DNA of 37,735 bases from a virus (lineage: Duplodnaviria; Caudoviricetes), in the IMG/VR virus record IMGVR_UViG_3300037484_001196, positions 1 through 37,735 of that record; one strand, written 5' to 3'. Position 1 is the first letter of the stretch; each line of letters starts with the position of its first letter. The position numbers and the translations under genes are program-made. The notes under the pieces were generated by a model, which was given only the letters and a program-made list of their open reading frames with translations, had not been told where the DNA came from and did no database searches. Shown piece by piece: positions 8,058 through 16,386 of the stretch.

Positions 8058-8613
8058 GATCACGTTGAGGGAGGCCGGCCAGGCGGCGGAGTTGCAGGCC
8101 CTGGATAAGGCGGCGGCGGCCTTCGGGGCTGACTGGCCCCTGGTCATGGAGTACCTGGATTGTTTCCAGGGCAAGAGAGAAATGAAAGTGCCCAAGCGCC
8201 TGCGCCTGGCCCGGGAGTTGTGGGAGATGTGGAAGGACGGGAGATTCTGTATCGGCGGCGTCTGGTACCGCATTGGCCGGGAGGAATTCCGGGAGGCGCT
8301 GCGCACCACCTGCAACCAGGTGGCCGCCGGCCTCACCAACCACAACTATCTCAAAAAGGTGCTGGTCGCAGCGGCGGAGAAGACCGGCCGGCGGGAGGAG
8401 CGGGAGTTGCGGGAAAAGGAGGCAGGTCTAAGGATGGCAGGCAGGGACGCCTGCCCCACTGCTCCACAAGAGGCCGACCCGGCCTACCGGGCCGAGATCG
8501 TCCGGCTGGGGCAGGCGCTGCGCCAGGCCAGGACTCCGGCGGCCAAGGCCGCGGCCAGGGCGGCCATGACCGCGTTTATGCAGGAGAGAGGGAACGATGC
8601 CCAGCAAGATTGA
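8026..8613 (+). CDS. Phage protein with N-terminal CxxC
   Basis: MKLRCPACGA...LTNHNYLKKVL; in-frame REP at 8436-8459. Confidence 0.7.
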   Translation: MKLRCPACGAEITLREAGQAAELQALDKAAAAFGADWPLVMEYLDCFQGKREMKVPKRLRLARELWEMWKDGRFCIGGVWYRIGREEFREALRTTCNQVAAGLTNHNYLKKVLVAAAEKTGRREERELREKEAGLRMAGRDACPTAPQEADPAYRAEIVRLGQALRQARTPAAKAAARAAMTAFMQERGNDAQQD

Positions 8614-9301
8614 ATGGTGCGATGAGACGCTGAATCCCCAAGGGTGGGGCTGCTATGGGCCTGGCGGGACGCCCGAAAAGCCGCAACGGTGTTGGTACTG
8701 TTACGCCCGGCGTTTCGCAACCAGAAATACGAGGGGGTGCGCTAAATGTGCCGAATTTATTCCCCATTGGCACCCAGAACAGCTTGAAAAACCCTTGCGT
8801 TGGCGAAAGTCTCGGAAGATTTTCTGGCAGAGCATGGGCGACTTATTTCACCCTTATAGTCCGCAAAACCAAATCCTGGCCGTTAAAGATATGGCCAAGG
8901 CCACGCCGCAGCATATCCATATTTTTCTTACCCAAAACACATCCCGACTCCGGGAGTTCAACCCCTGGCCACCGAACTGCTGGGTCGGCACGACGATCAC
9001 GAACCAAGAGCATATGAATGAACGGGTAGGCTATCTACTTAATGCCGATGCCAAAGTGCGCTTTATAAGCCACGAGCCTTTGATGAGTGAAATTAAACAG
9101 TCTCAGGCATGGTGGAAAAAGGTATCTCCACTGCTTCATTGGACCATCATCGGCGATATGACCGGCCCGGGGGCGGTGAAGTTGAATTTATCCTGGATTT
9201 TTAATCTTGTAGGCCAGTACCGAGAAGCTGGGGTCCCCATCTTTCTAAAAAATAACTGTCCTTGGCCGGGGGCGAAGAAAATCCAGGAGTGGCCGGCATG
9301 A
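8597..9301 (+). CDS. DUF5131 (phage Gp37/Gp68, radical-SAM-like) protein
   Basis: SKIEWCDETLNP..GC...CWYCYA, SMGDLFH, NCWVGTTI, RFISHEPL, VPIFLK. Confidence 0.88.
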   Translation: MPSKIEWCDETLNPQGWGCYGPGGTPEKPQRCWYCYARRFATRNTRGCAKCAEFIPHWHPEQLEKPLRWRKSRKIFWQSMGDLFHPYSPQNQILAVKDMAKATPQHIHIFLTQNTSRLREFNPWPPNCWVGTTITNQEHMNERVGYLLNADAKVRFISHEPLMSEIKQSQAWWKKVSPLLHWTIIGDMTGPGAVKLNLSWIFNLVGQYREAGVPIFLKNNCPWPGAKKIQEWPA

Positions 9302-9594
9302 GAGGCAAAGAAAAATTCGTGCCGGAAAGGGGTTTTATCCATATCGGCTACGGCCATCTAACGCAAGGTGCGAAGGTGGTCCTCATTTTGAAGCCGGGGT
9401 CTTCCCCCTTGAAAAAGCTCCGGGAGCGAGCGGCGGCCGAGGCCCGCCTGGTGGACGTCACTAACGGGCGAAAAACCCGGGCCATTATCATCACCGACAG
9501 CAATCACGTCATCCTGTCGGCGGTGGCGCCGGAGACCTTGTGGCAGCGGGCCGGCGGGGCGCTGGTCAGTTTTACCACTCTGGAAGATGCTTGA
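9298..9594 (+). CDS. remA: RemA/DUF370 family regulator
   Basis: IHIGYG...PGSSPLKKL...LVDVTNGRKTRAIIITDSNHVILSAVAPETL; ATGA overlap at 9298. Confidence 0.85.
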   Translation: MRGKEKFVPERGFIHIGYGHLTQGAKVVLILKPGSSPLKKLRERAAAEARLVDVTNGRKTRAIIITDSNHVILSAVAPETLWQRAGGALVSFTTLEDA

Positions 9595-9612
9595 CTCCCG
9601 ATAGGAGGGTAA

Positions 9613-10017
9613 ATGGTCGCCTATAATTTTCAGGGACGCTTTGCCGAAGCTATTGAACAGGGCGAGAAACGTCAAACGGTCAGAGCAATAGGTAAGCGTC
9701 ACCATGCATCCCCCGGAGATGACCTACAACTCTATATTGGAATGAGAACAAAGAGTTGTCGTAAGGTGCGGGAAGCGAAATGTAATGACGTTTGTCAGAT
9801 TACGATTTATGAGGACAAAATACTCACCTTTAATCCTCAAGAAATTCATCTCGGGGATGATCTTGAACATTTTGCACGCCGAGATGGATTTGCTTCTTGG
9901 TCTGAAATGCGGGATTGGTTTGCTAAAATTCACGGTTTACCTTTCACTGGCGTATTGATCAGGTGGCTTATACCTAAGACCACAGGCGAGACGCCTGTGC
10001 CACCGGAGGGGGCGTGA
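9613..10017 (+). CDS. ASCH/PUA-like phage protein
   Basis: FAEAIEQGEKRQTVR, GDDLQLYIGMRT, FARRDGF; AT-rich; ends in REP 9981-10003. Confidence 0.75.
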   Translation: MVAYNFQGRFAEAIEQGEKRQTVRAIGKRHHASPGDDLQLYIGMRTKSCRKVREAKCNDVCQITIYEDKILTFNPQEIHLGDDLEHFARRDGFASWSEMRDWFAKIHGLPFTGVLIRWLIPKTTGETPVPPEGA

Positions 10018-10277
10018 AGATGAGCCGGGGTCAGGGGTCAGGGGTCAGGGGCCAGTTTCCCTGCCGGCCCACCGAAAAAGGCTTCAAGTGGGGACCGGTC
10101 GAGATTGAGAGGATCGAAGCCGAGCCGGATGACATTTCCGAGGCGGTGACCTTGATATTGAAGACCGAGGACATCAATCTGGAAATTTATGTTACCAGGG
10201 TTGGAATAGTGCGGATTTATGTCCCGGAAGGAGACAGGGTCATAGTTTGCGGCGCCAAAAGGGAGGAGGGGGCATGA
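10014..10277 (+). CDS. Hypothetical protein
   Basis: Overlaps both neighbours by 4 nt; N-terminal heptamer array 10025-10055. Confidence 0.6.
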   Translation: MKMSRGQGSGVRGQFPCRPTEKGFKWGPVEIERIEAEPDDISEAVTLILKTEDINLEIYVTRVGIVRIYVPEGDRVIVCGAKREEGA

Positions 10278-10519
10278 AAAGACTGTGGCAATGGCTCAAG
10301 GCCGCAAATGAAAACGCCAAGGCCCGGGCCAAAGTCATTCTGGCGGCCAAGGAGCGTATGGGGTGTATGGATGAAGTTTGGCGGGGAGAAGGGGAACAGT
10401 CCAGTGACGCCGTGGCGCTCTTGCTCATGCGCATCGGCCTGGCCCACATCGAGGCAGTGTATCAGGGGCAGATGATGGCGCAACACGAGATCCGGCGCGG
10501 GCAAGCCCATCTGAATTGA
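10274..10519 (+). CDS. Hypothetical protein
   Basis: GGAGG RBS; ATGA overlap at 10274. Confidence 0.6.
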   Translation: MKRLWQWLKAANENAKARAKVILAAKERMGCMDEVWRGEGEQSSDAVALLLMRIGLAHIEAVYQGQMMAQHEIRRGQAHLN

Positions 10520-10529
10520 GGAGCCGGCC

Positions 10530-10982
10530 ATGATGGAGATCAGCGCCCCCCAGATCCAGAAGATCAAGGTCATGCAGCGGAAGCTGGGCCTGGATGACGA
10601 CGCCTACCGGGAGATGCTTTGGGGCGTGGCGAAGGTCAAGAGCTGCAAGGAGTTGAAGGGGCCGAAGATCCAACTGGTGATGAAGCACATGGAGAAATGC
10701 CTGGGGATAGAGGGGAAAACCTCGCAACCCAGGCCTCAGGTGAGAGAAATCCGGCGGCTCTGGGGCCGGGTGAGCCGGGTGGCTCAGGAGTGGGGCCCGG
10801 AGTCCCGGCAGGCCCACCAGGCCCTGAAAACCTTTCTCTGGGGCCGCTTCAAGGTCGCGGCCCCGGAATGGCTGACCCTGCCCCAGGCGCAGCGGGTCAT
10901 CGAGGCCCTGAAGGCGATGGGCCGGAGGGAAGAGAAGCAGGTGCCAGGGGTCAGGGGCCAGGAGAACAGCCGTGAAGATTGA
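10530..10982 (+). CDS. gemA: GemA/gp16-like (DUF1018) regulatory protein
   Basis: QIQKIKV...LGLDDDAYREML.....SCKEL...QAQRVIEALKAM. Confidence 0.85.
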   Translation: MMEISAPQIQKIKVMQRKLGLDDDAYREMLWGVAKVKSCKELKGPKIQLVMKHMEKCLGIEGKTSQPRPQVREIRRLWGRVSRVAQEWGPESRQAHQALKTFLWGRFKVAAPEWLTLPQAQRVIEALKAMGRREEKQVPGVRGQENSRED

Positions 10983-11238
10983 CACCCCCAAGGAAATAGC
11001 TTGCCTGGATCGAGCGGCAATTTGGGAGGGGCTGATCGGCTGGTGCGAAGAAATGGAACGGGAATTTGAGGCCGAAGTGGGACGATCGGGCGCAGATCCG
11101 GCGGTGATGATGAGCAGCTTATCGGATCCTGGTGGGACGCCGGCCCTAAAACGGCCCAAAAACAGGCAATTTAAGCCAGGATGGTATGACCCAAAAACCA
11201 TGACCCGGGCGGTGGCCCGGGATCTGGGGTTGATTTGA
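10972..11238 (+). CDS. Hypothetical accessory protein
   Basis: AGGAG RBS; lies between heptamer arrays 10938-10961 and 11245-11299. Confidence 0.55.
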   Translation: MKIDTPKEIACLDRAAIWEGLIGWCEEMEREFEAEVGRSGADPAVMMSSLSDPGGTPALKRPKNRQFKPGWYDPKTMTRAVARDLGLI

Positions 11239-11244
11239 TAAAAG

Positions 11245-11299
11245 CAGTAGCCAGTAGTCAGTAGTCAGTGAAAAGCTGGAACCTGAAACCTGAAACCTG
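11245..11299. repeat. Head-to-head heptamer arrays (CAGTAGY)n and (CTGAAAC)n
   Basis: Two oppositely oriented arrays separated by 6 bp. Confidence 0.85.
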
Positions 11300-11318
11300 C
11301 TTTTGAAGGAGGAGGCGC

Positions 11319-11795
11319 ATGTTTACCGTTCAAGACCACTGGCTGTATCTCGATGGGAAACGGGTGACCTACCGGCCGTCGCCGAATCATGGCGGCACGA
11401 TCACTCCCCGGGTGATCGTGGTGCATTACACCGGCGACAACAGCCTGGCAGGGGCCTTGTCGTGGCTGTGCAGCCGTAAGTCCGGGGTGTCGGCGCACCT
11501 GGTCATCGCCAAGGACGGCACGGTTTACCAGTTGCTCCCCTTCAATGTCCGGGGCTGGCACGCCGGGGCGTCGTCTTACGACGGCCAGTCCGGGGTCAAC
11601 AGTTTTTCCATCGGCATTGAAAACGTTGGCCTGGGGGATGTCTGGCCGGAGGCTCAAGTAGAGGCTAACCGGGCCATCATCGAAGTCCTCTATGCCGCGT
11701 ATGGACTGGAAGATGTGGTGGGGCATGAGGATGTGGCCCCGGGCCGCAAGGCCGACCCCGGCCCCAGGTATCCCTGGGACCAGGTGACGACCTGA
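11319..11795 (+). CDS. N-acetylmuramoyl-L-alanine amidase (Amidase_2) endolysin
   Basis: IVVHYT, SAHLVI, WHAG.S, SIGIE, GHED..PGRKADPG. Confidence 0.93.
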   Translation: MFTVQDHWLYLDGKRVTYRPSPNHGGTITPRVIVVHYTGDNSLAGALSWLCSRKSGVSAHLVIAKDGTVYQLLPFNVRGWHAGASSYDGQSGVNSFSIGIENVGLGDVWPEAQVEANRAIIEVLYAAYGLEDVVGHEDVAPGRKADPGPRYPWDQVTT

Positions 11796-11805
11796 GGAAA
11801 GGGAC

Positions 11806-12063
11806 ATGACGACTAAATACCATCCGGCGGTGGCGGCGGCCCAGGGGCAGCCGGAGCGGTTGTTGCGAACCGACCAGGCGGCGCTCCGCCTGAAATGCAC
11901 CCCGCGCACGGTGACTAATCTTTGTAACCAGAAACTGCTGGCGGGAATCAAGAGCGGCCGGCGCAAGTGGCTGATCCCGGAGTCGGCCATCCGGGATTAT
12001 CTGAGCGCCCTGAATGAGGATCAAGAAGAACTTGACAAGCCCCCGCTGTATGGGGAAGATTGA
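11806..12063 (+). CDS. Xis/MerR-like HTH DNA-binding protein (candidate late activator)
   Basis: LLRTDQAALRLKCTPRTVTNLC....L.GIK...KWLIPESAIRDYL. Confidence 0.8.
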   Translation: MTTKYHPAVAAAQGQPERLLRTDQAALRLKCTPRTVTNLCNQKLLAGIKSGRRKWLIPESAIRDYLSALNEDQEELDKPPLYGED

Positions 12064-12078
12064 AATCAGAGAGGTGGA

Positions 12079-12438
12079 GTGATGTTTTTCACTGGCGGAC
12101 CTGCAACCATGCGAATGCCCGGCATGACTGAAAAGATCGAGCGCAAGGCCTTCGAGTTCGGCTATTCTCTCGGCCAAGCCGGGATTGAACTGGAGTCCCC
12201 GGAGGCGCTGAGGTTGACCGGGCACTTCGTGATGGAAATGGTAATGGGTTTTGCGGTTGAATTTTTGTTTGAAAGGGCCTTGACATCCGCCCTCACTGAC
12301 AATGATTTATGCCGCCAGCTTGACCCCGAAGCCCAGGAGGCGGTGAGGGAAATCCGGCAAGAGGTCTATGCCGGGGTAGTTCGTCGGGGCATTGAAGACT
12401 TGGGGAAGGATGATTATCTGTCCCAATTGTGGCGATGA
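12079..12438 (+). CDS. Hypothetical protein
   Basis: Open frame with GAGG upstream; start uncertain. Confidence 0.55.
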   Translation: MMFFTGGPATMRMPGMTEKIERKAFEFGYSLGQAGIELESPEALRLTGHFVMEMVMGFAVEFLFERALTSALTDNDLCRQLDPEAQEAVREIRQEVYAGVVRRGIEDLGKDDYLSQLWR

Positions 12439-12634
12439 AATCCTTTCCAGTTCATTGACTGCTTTTCAATCTGATACCGAAATCGTTAAATGTCGTACCT
12501 GTGGTAAGCTAATATTTGACGGGAAACGTCTTGCGGAATACTTGCAGAGTCGCTATGGAGAAGGCTGGTACGATCTTGCACTGGAGTGCTGGGAAAAAGG
12601 AGATTTTACCAAAATAGTTTTTCCCGAAACCTAA
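12392..12634 (+). CDS. Zinc-ribbon hypothetical protein
   Basis: CPNC...CRTC; the real start is probably the internal ATG (MIICPNC). Confidence 0.6.
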   Translation: MKTWGRMIICPNCGDEILSSSLTAFQSDTEIVKCRTCGKLIFDGKRLAEYLQSRYGEGWYDLALECWEKGDFTKIVFPET

Positions 12635-12656
12635 AACTCAGAACCAAAAACCCACT

Positions 12657-12682
12657 AAGGCCCCTTCGGGGGCCTTTTTTTT
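12657..12682 (+). terminator. Rho-independent terminator ending the early/middle operon
   Basis: AAGGCCCC-TTCG-GGGGCCTT followed by a T run. Confidence 0.92.
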
Positions 12683-12697
12683 GTCTCCAGGCAACTT

Positions 12698-12724
12698 TAG
12701 CGGAAGTAGCGGAAGTAGCGGAAG
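12698..12724 (+). promoter_or_regulatory. Three perfect 9-bp direct repeats upstream of the late operon
   Basis: (TAGCGGAAG)x3 followed by TTGCAT at 12734-12739. Confidence 0.6.
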
Positions 12725-12798
12725 GAAAAAGATTTGCATTTATAGGAAGATGAGGTTGTGAAAATCAGATCAGATCAAGTCAAACGGGAGCAACATCC

Positions 12799-13137
12799 AT
12801 GAAAAAGCTTTTGATGATTATGGCCATCCTGATTTTGTGCCTCAGCCTCTTGTCCGCCTGCGCCGATACCAAGGCGGCGGGCCGGGGCCTGTCTGCCGCG
12901 GCGCTCACCGCCCCCACCCTGGCCTATGCCCTGGACGACGTTTACGCCGCCCTGATTACCGCCAAGGCGATCCCGGATCATCAGGCCGAGGCTACCAAGG
13001 CCCTGGCCTCCCTGGACGCCATCGCCCCGATGGTACACGCCCAGGGCGCGGCCCTGGCCGGCGATGAGTTCAACTGGGCCTCATTCGTGATCGCCGCCGC
13101 CATCACCGCCGTCAAGGTCATGGGGGTGTGGTCTTAA
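12799..13137 (+). CDS. Lipoprotein (possible spanin/lysis accessory)
   Basis: MKK + hydrophobic core + LSAC lipobox; hydrophobic C-terminus. Confidence 0.7.
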   Translation: MKKLLMIMAILILCLSLLSACADTKAAGRGLSAAALTAPTLAYALDDVYAALITAKAIPDHQAEATKALASLDAIAPMVHAQGAALAGDEFNWASFVIAAAITAVKVMGVWS

Positions 13138-13276
13138 AGAATATCCCAAGCACCGAAGCAGTGTAGGGCCGTGCCCCCGAGGTCATTAGCCGGTTCTTCG
13201 GGCCGGTTCGGGGGTACGGCAGCCGCGGGTTTTAGGTTCCGGGTTTTAGGTTCCGGGAAAAACAGGGGGGCGACGC

Positions 13277-13510
13277 ATGACGGAGAAATGGTTTCAATCC
13301 AAGACGGTATGGACGGGCGCCGGGCAGATTTTGGCCGGGGTGTCCGGTTATTTTACCGGCCAGATGGATATCAACGGCGCGGGCGCCCTGATCATTACCG
13401 GGGCCTATCAGATCATCCAGCGGGTGGCCGCCATTCAGAAAACTAACGCCGCGCCTTGCCCCTGCGACGCCGGCCCCACGGGCGGGACGCCCGGGGCTAC
13501 GGGAGCTTGA
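13277..13510 (+). CDS. Holin-like small membrane protein
   Basis: KWFQSKTVW N-terminus and two hydrophobic segments; REP-encoded tail 13476-13500. Confidence 0.6.
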   Translation: MTEKWFQSKTVWTGAGQILAGVSGYFTGQMDINGAGALIITGAYQIIQRVAAIQKTNAAPCPCDAGPTGGTPGATGA

Positions 13511-13514
13511 GCCG

Positions 13515-13928
13515 GTGTTATGCGATCCGTTCAACACCTCGCTGCTGGACGGCCTGGATGAGGCCGCCAAAACCAATATCGCCTTGCTGCTCAACCATCT
13601 TGATGCGCGGCTCATGCACCAGATCGACCTCTTGCGCACGCAGATCGGCGGCAAGCTGACAACCCAGGCAATCGGCAGCCAAAACCGGGAGGAACGGTTG
13701 AAGAAACTGGAGAATTGCCCCTGCGCCGTCCACCGGGACCCGGTCCACGCCTGCGTGGTGCTGGACATGAACGACAAGCTGGCCCGGATCGAGGCCAAGG
13801 TTGACGCCAAGATGGAGGAAAGAATCGGCCCTCTCAAGTTTAAGTTGGCCTATCTCCTGGGCGGCCTGGCGCTGCTGGCGTTTTTGCTGGACCTGGCGGC
13901 CCGGGTGCTGCCGGCTTTTTGGAGGTGA
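13515..13928 (+). CDS. Coiled-coil protein with C-terminal transmembrane segment
   Basis: LAYLLGGLALLAFLLDLA; lysis-region position. Confidence 0.6.
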   Translation: MLCDPFNTSLLDGLDEAAKTNIALLLNHLDARLMHQIDLLRTQIGGKLTTQAIGSQNREERLKKLENCPCAVHRDPVHACVVLDMNDKLARIEAKVDAKMEERIGPLKFKLAYLLGGLALLAFLLDLAARVLPAFWR

Positions 13929-13929
13929 G

Positions 13930-14163
13930 ATGGCGGATTTATCGGAACGCCTGGTCAAGCTGGCGAAGATGGAACAACAGGAACGCTTCCGGGCGCTGCT
14001 GATCCGTATCGACCAGCTCATCCAGACCATTCAGGTCAACACCTTCCGGGTCCACGATGAAGACCTGACCTCCATCAAAGAGCATTCCATCCTGGCGGCG
14101 GCCAATGAGCTGGTGACGGTGATGGCCGAGGCCCGCAAGCTGCAACGGGAGCTGGGGGGCTAA
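13930..14163 (+). CDS. Hypothetical protein preceding the small terminase
   Basis: GGAGGT RBS, ATG 13930; TAATG overlap with the next gene. Confidence 0.65.
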   Translation: MADLSERLVKLAKMEQQERFRALLIRIDQLIQTIQVNTFRVHDEDLTSIKEHSILAAANELVTVMAEARKLQRELGG

Positions 14164-14624
14164 TGGCCGGGAGCAAAGAGTCAGCCTATTACGAGGAAGC
14201 CCGGCGGCTCTACGTCAAAGAAAACCTGACGGTGGATCAGATTGCGGCGCGGCTCCACGGCGAAGTCAGCACCAACACCCTGTATAAGTGGGCCAAAAAA
14301 GGCGATTGGGGCCAGGAGCGGGCTGCGGCCCTGAACAATCCCCGGGATATCGCCGAGTGGCTGCGGCAAACCCTGAACGGTCAGATGGAGGCCCTGCAGG
14401 CCGAGGCCCAGAAAAACCCGGCGGCCATCAACCCGGGGGTTTATGACGCCATTTATAAGACCGTCCTCACCATTGAGAAGCTGGAAAAGAGCCAGGACCT
14501 GAGGGCCGCGGCCATCATGGTGCTGGATAAATACGGCGAGTTCCTCAAGGGCCTCGACCTGGCCCCCGGCGAATTGCAGATGCACAGCGGCCGGATGCGG
14601 GAATTTTTCCGGAGCATCGAATAA
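14163..14624 (+). CDS. Terminase small subunit-like (DUF1804-type HTH)
   Basis: ARRLYV.E.LT...IA....VS.NTLYKW.K.GDW; directly before TerL. Confidence 0.75.
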   Translation: MAGSKESAYYEEARRLYVKENLTVDQIAARLHGEVSTNTLYKWAKKGDWGQERAAALNNPRDIAEWLRQTLNGQMEALQAEAQKNPAAINPGVYDAIYKTVLTIEKLEKSQDLRAAAIMVLDKYGEFLKGLDLAPGELQMHSGRMREFFRSIE

Positions 14625-16246
14625 TGGCGCGCACCCTCAAGGTTAAGCTCACCCGCAAGCAGTTCCAGGAGAAGGCCGACCAGATCCTCGGCCGCCTCTT
14701 CCGGGAGGTGGCGGCGTTTGAGGACACATCCGAGGCCGCCAAACAGGCCCGGCGGGAGCGCACCCGCACCGACCATTTCGAGTTTTTCCGCACCTATCTG
14801 CCCCACTATTTCAGCGCCCCGGAAGCGCCGTTTCATCATGAATTAATCGCCCAGGTGGACCGGCGGCCCGGCCCCGGGGAGGTGGTGACCCCGACGGTGG
14901 ACGCCGCCCCCCGGGAAGGGGCCAAGTCCACCATCGTCTCCTTCGGCTATTCCCTGCACCAGATCTGTCACGGTTTGCGCCATTTCATCATTCTCGGCAG
15001 CGACACCGAGGACCTGGCCTCAGACCTCACCGGCTACATCTATTTGGAGCTGCTCTACAACGAGCGGATCAAGTGCGATTTCGGCGAGCTGGTGCGGGAA
15101 AACTGGGCGGTGGACGATTTCGTCACCCTGAATGATATTCGCCTCAAGGCCCGGGGCCGGGGCCAGCGGCTGCGGGGCTTGAAGCATAAGCAGTTCCGGC
15201 CCGACCTGGTGATCCTGGACGACCTGGAAAACGACCAGAACGTCAAAAGCCCGGACCTGGTGCGTAAGCTCCTGGCCTGGGTGACCCGGGCGGTCTACCC
15301 GTCCATCGACGCCTCCGGGAGCCTCTTGTGGATCGGGACCATCCTGGCCAACAAGAGCGCCCTGTGGATCGCCATCCACTCCAAGGAGGAGCCCTGGTGC
15401 CACTGGCAGCGGCACCTGTACCGGGCCTTGAACGAAGAGACCGGGACGGACGGCAAAACCATGCTGGTGTCGTTCTGGCCGTCCCTGCACCCGGTGCCCA
15501 AGCTCCTGGAACAGAAAAAGATGATGGGGTCGCTGGCCTTCAACACCGAAAAGCAGAACGACCCGGTGAACGAAGAAGGCGTCTTCCAGGAGGACTGGTT
15601 CAAGTATTACCACCCCGAAGAATTGAGCGGCAAGCACCTGGTGGTGGCCGGGTTTTTCGACCCCTCGGTGGAGGGCAATGCCACGTCAGACTACAAGGCC
15701 ATCCTCACCGTGGGCTGGGACCGCCGGGAGATGATCTATTACGTCCTGGACGCCTACATCCGCAAGGCCTCCATCGACGCCGCCATTGCCGCGGCCTATG
15801 CCCGGCATGAGCAGTGGGGCTACTGGCAGTTCGGGGTGGAGGTCGTCGCCTTCCAGAAATTATTGCTGCGGGAATTCGACCGGGCCGCCCAACAGCGGGG
15901 CTTTCACCTGCCCCTCAAGGGCACGGGTCAGACCATCAACAAAGAGATGCGGATCTTCGGCCTGTCCCCCAAGGTGGAGCGGGGCCAGATCCGGTTTTGC
16001 CGGGGCCAGGGCAATCAGGACCTGCTCATTGAGCAACTGCTCTATTTCCCCTCCAAGACGGTGAACGATGACGGCCCCGACGCTTTGGAAGGGACCCTGC
16101 ACCTCCTGGAAGGCGGCGCCGGCATGGGCCTGTTCGATTTTTACCGGGACGAAGTGGGGAAGCAGCAGGCGGAGGAGGCCCGGAGGAAGGGGCAGAGAAC
16201 AGTAGCCAGTAGCCAGGCGACCTACTCTCGCAATTTTACGCTTTAA
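14624..16246 (+). CDS. terL: Terminase large subunit
   Basis: APREGAKST, RPDLVILDDLEND, FFDPS, DDGPDALE. Confidence 0.92.
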   Translation: MARTLKVKLTRKQFQEKADQILGRLFREVAAFEDTSEAAKQARRERTRTDHFEFFRTYLPHYFSAPEAPFHHELIAQVDRRPGPGEVVTPTVDAAPREGAKSTIVSFGYSLHQICHGLRHFIILGSDTEDLASDLTGYIYLELLYNERIKCDFGELVRENWAVDDFVTLNDIRLKARGRGQRLRGLKHKQFRPDLVILDDLENDQNVKSPDLVRKLLAWVTRAVYPSIDASGSLLWIGTILANKSALWIAIHSKEEPWCHWQRHLYRALNEETGTDGKTMLVSFWPSLHPVPKLLEQKKMMGSLAFNTEKQNDPVNEEGVFQEDWFKYYHPEELSGKHLVVAGFFDPSVEGNATSDYKAILTVGWDRREMIYYVLDAYIRKASIDAAIAAAYARHEQWGYWQFGVEVVAFQKLLLREFDRAAQQRGFHLPLKGTGQTINKEMRIFGLSPKVERGQIRFCRGQGNQDLLIEQLLYFPSKTVNDDGPDALEGTLHLLEGGAGMGLFDFYRDEVGKQQAEEARRKGQRTVASSQATYSRNFTL

Positions 16247-16346
16247 GGACGCCTGCGGGCCGCTAACTGTGCTGGTTTTCGGGGTTTTGCTCAAAAGAAA
16301 AGACATAGGCTGAAATGGCAAATCTCGGGCCCGGGATCGGGCTTTT

Positions 16347-16379
16347 ACGGAAAACGGAAAACGGAAAACGGAAAACGAG
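16347..16379 (-). repeat. Heptamer array (ACGGAAA)4-ACGAG at the portal start
   Basis: Identical to 28797-28829. Confidence 0.9.
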
Positions 16380-16386
16380 TCTTTAA

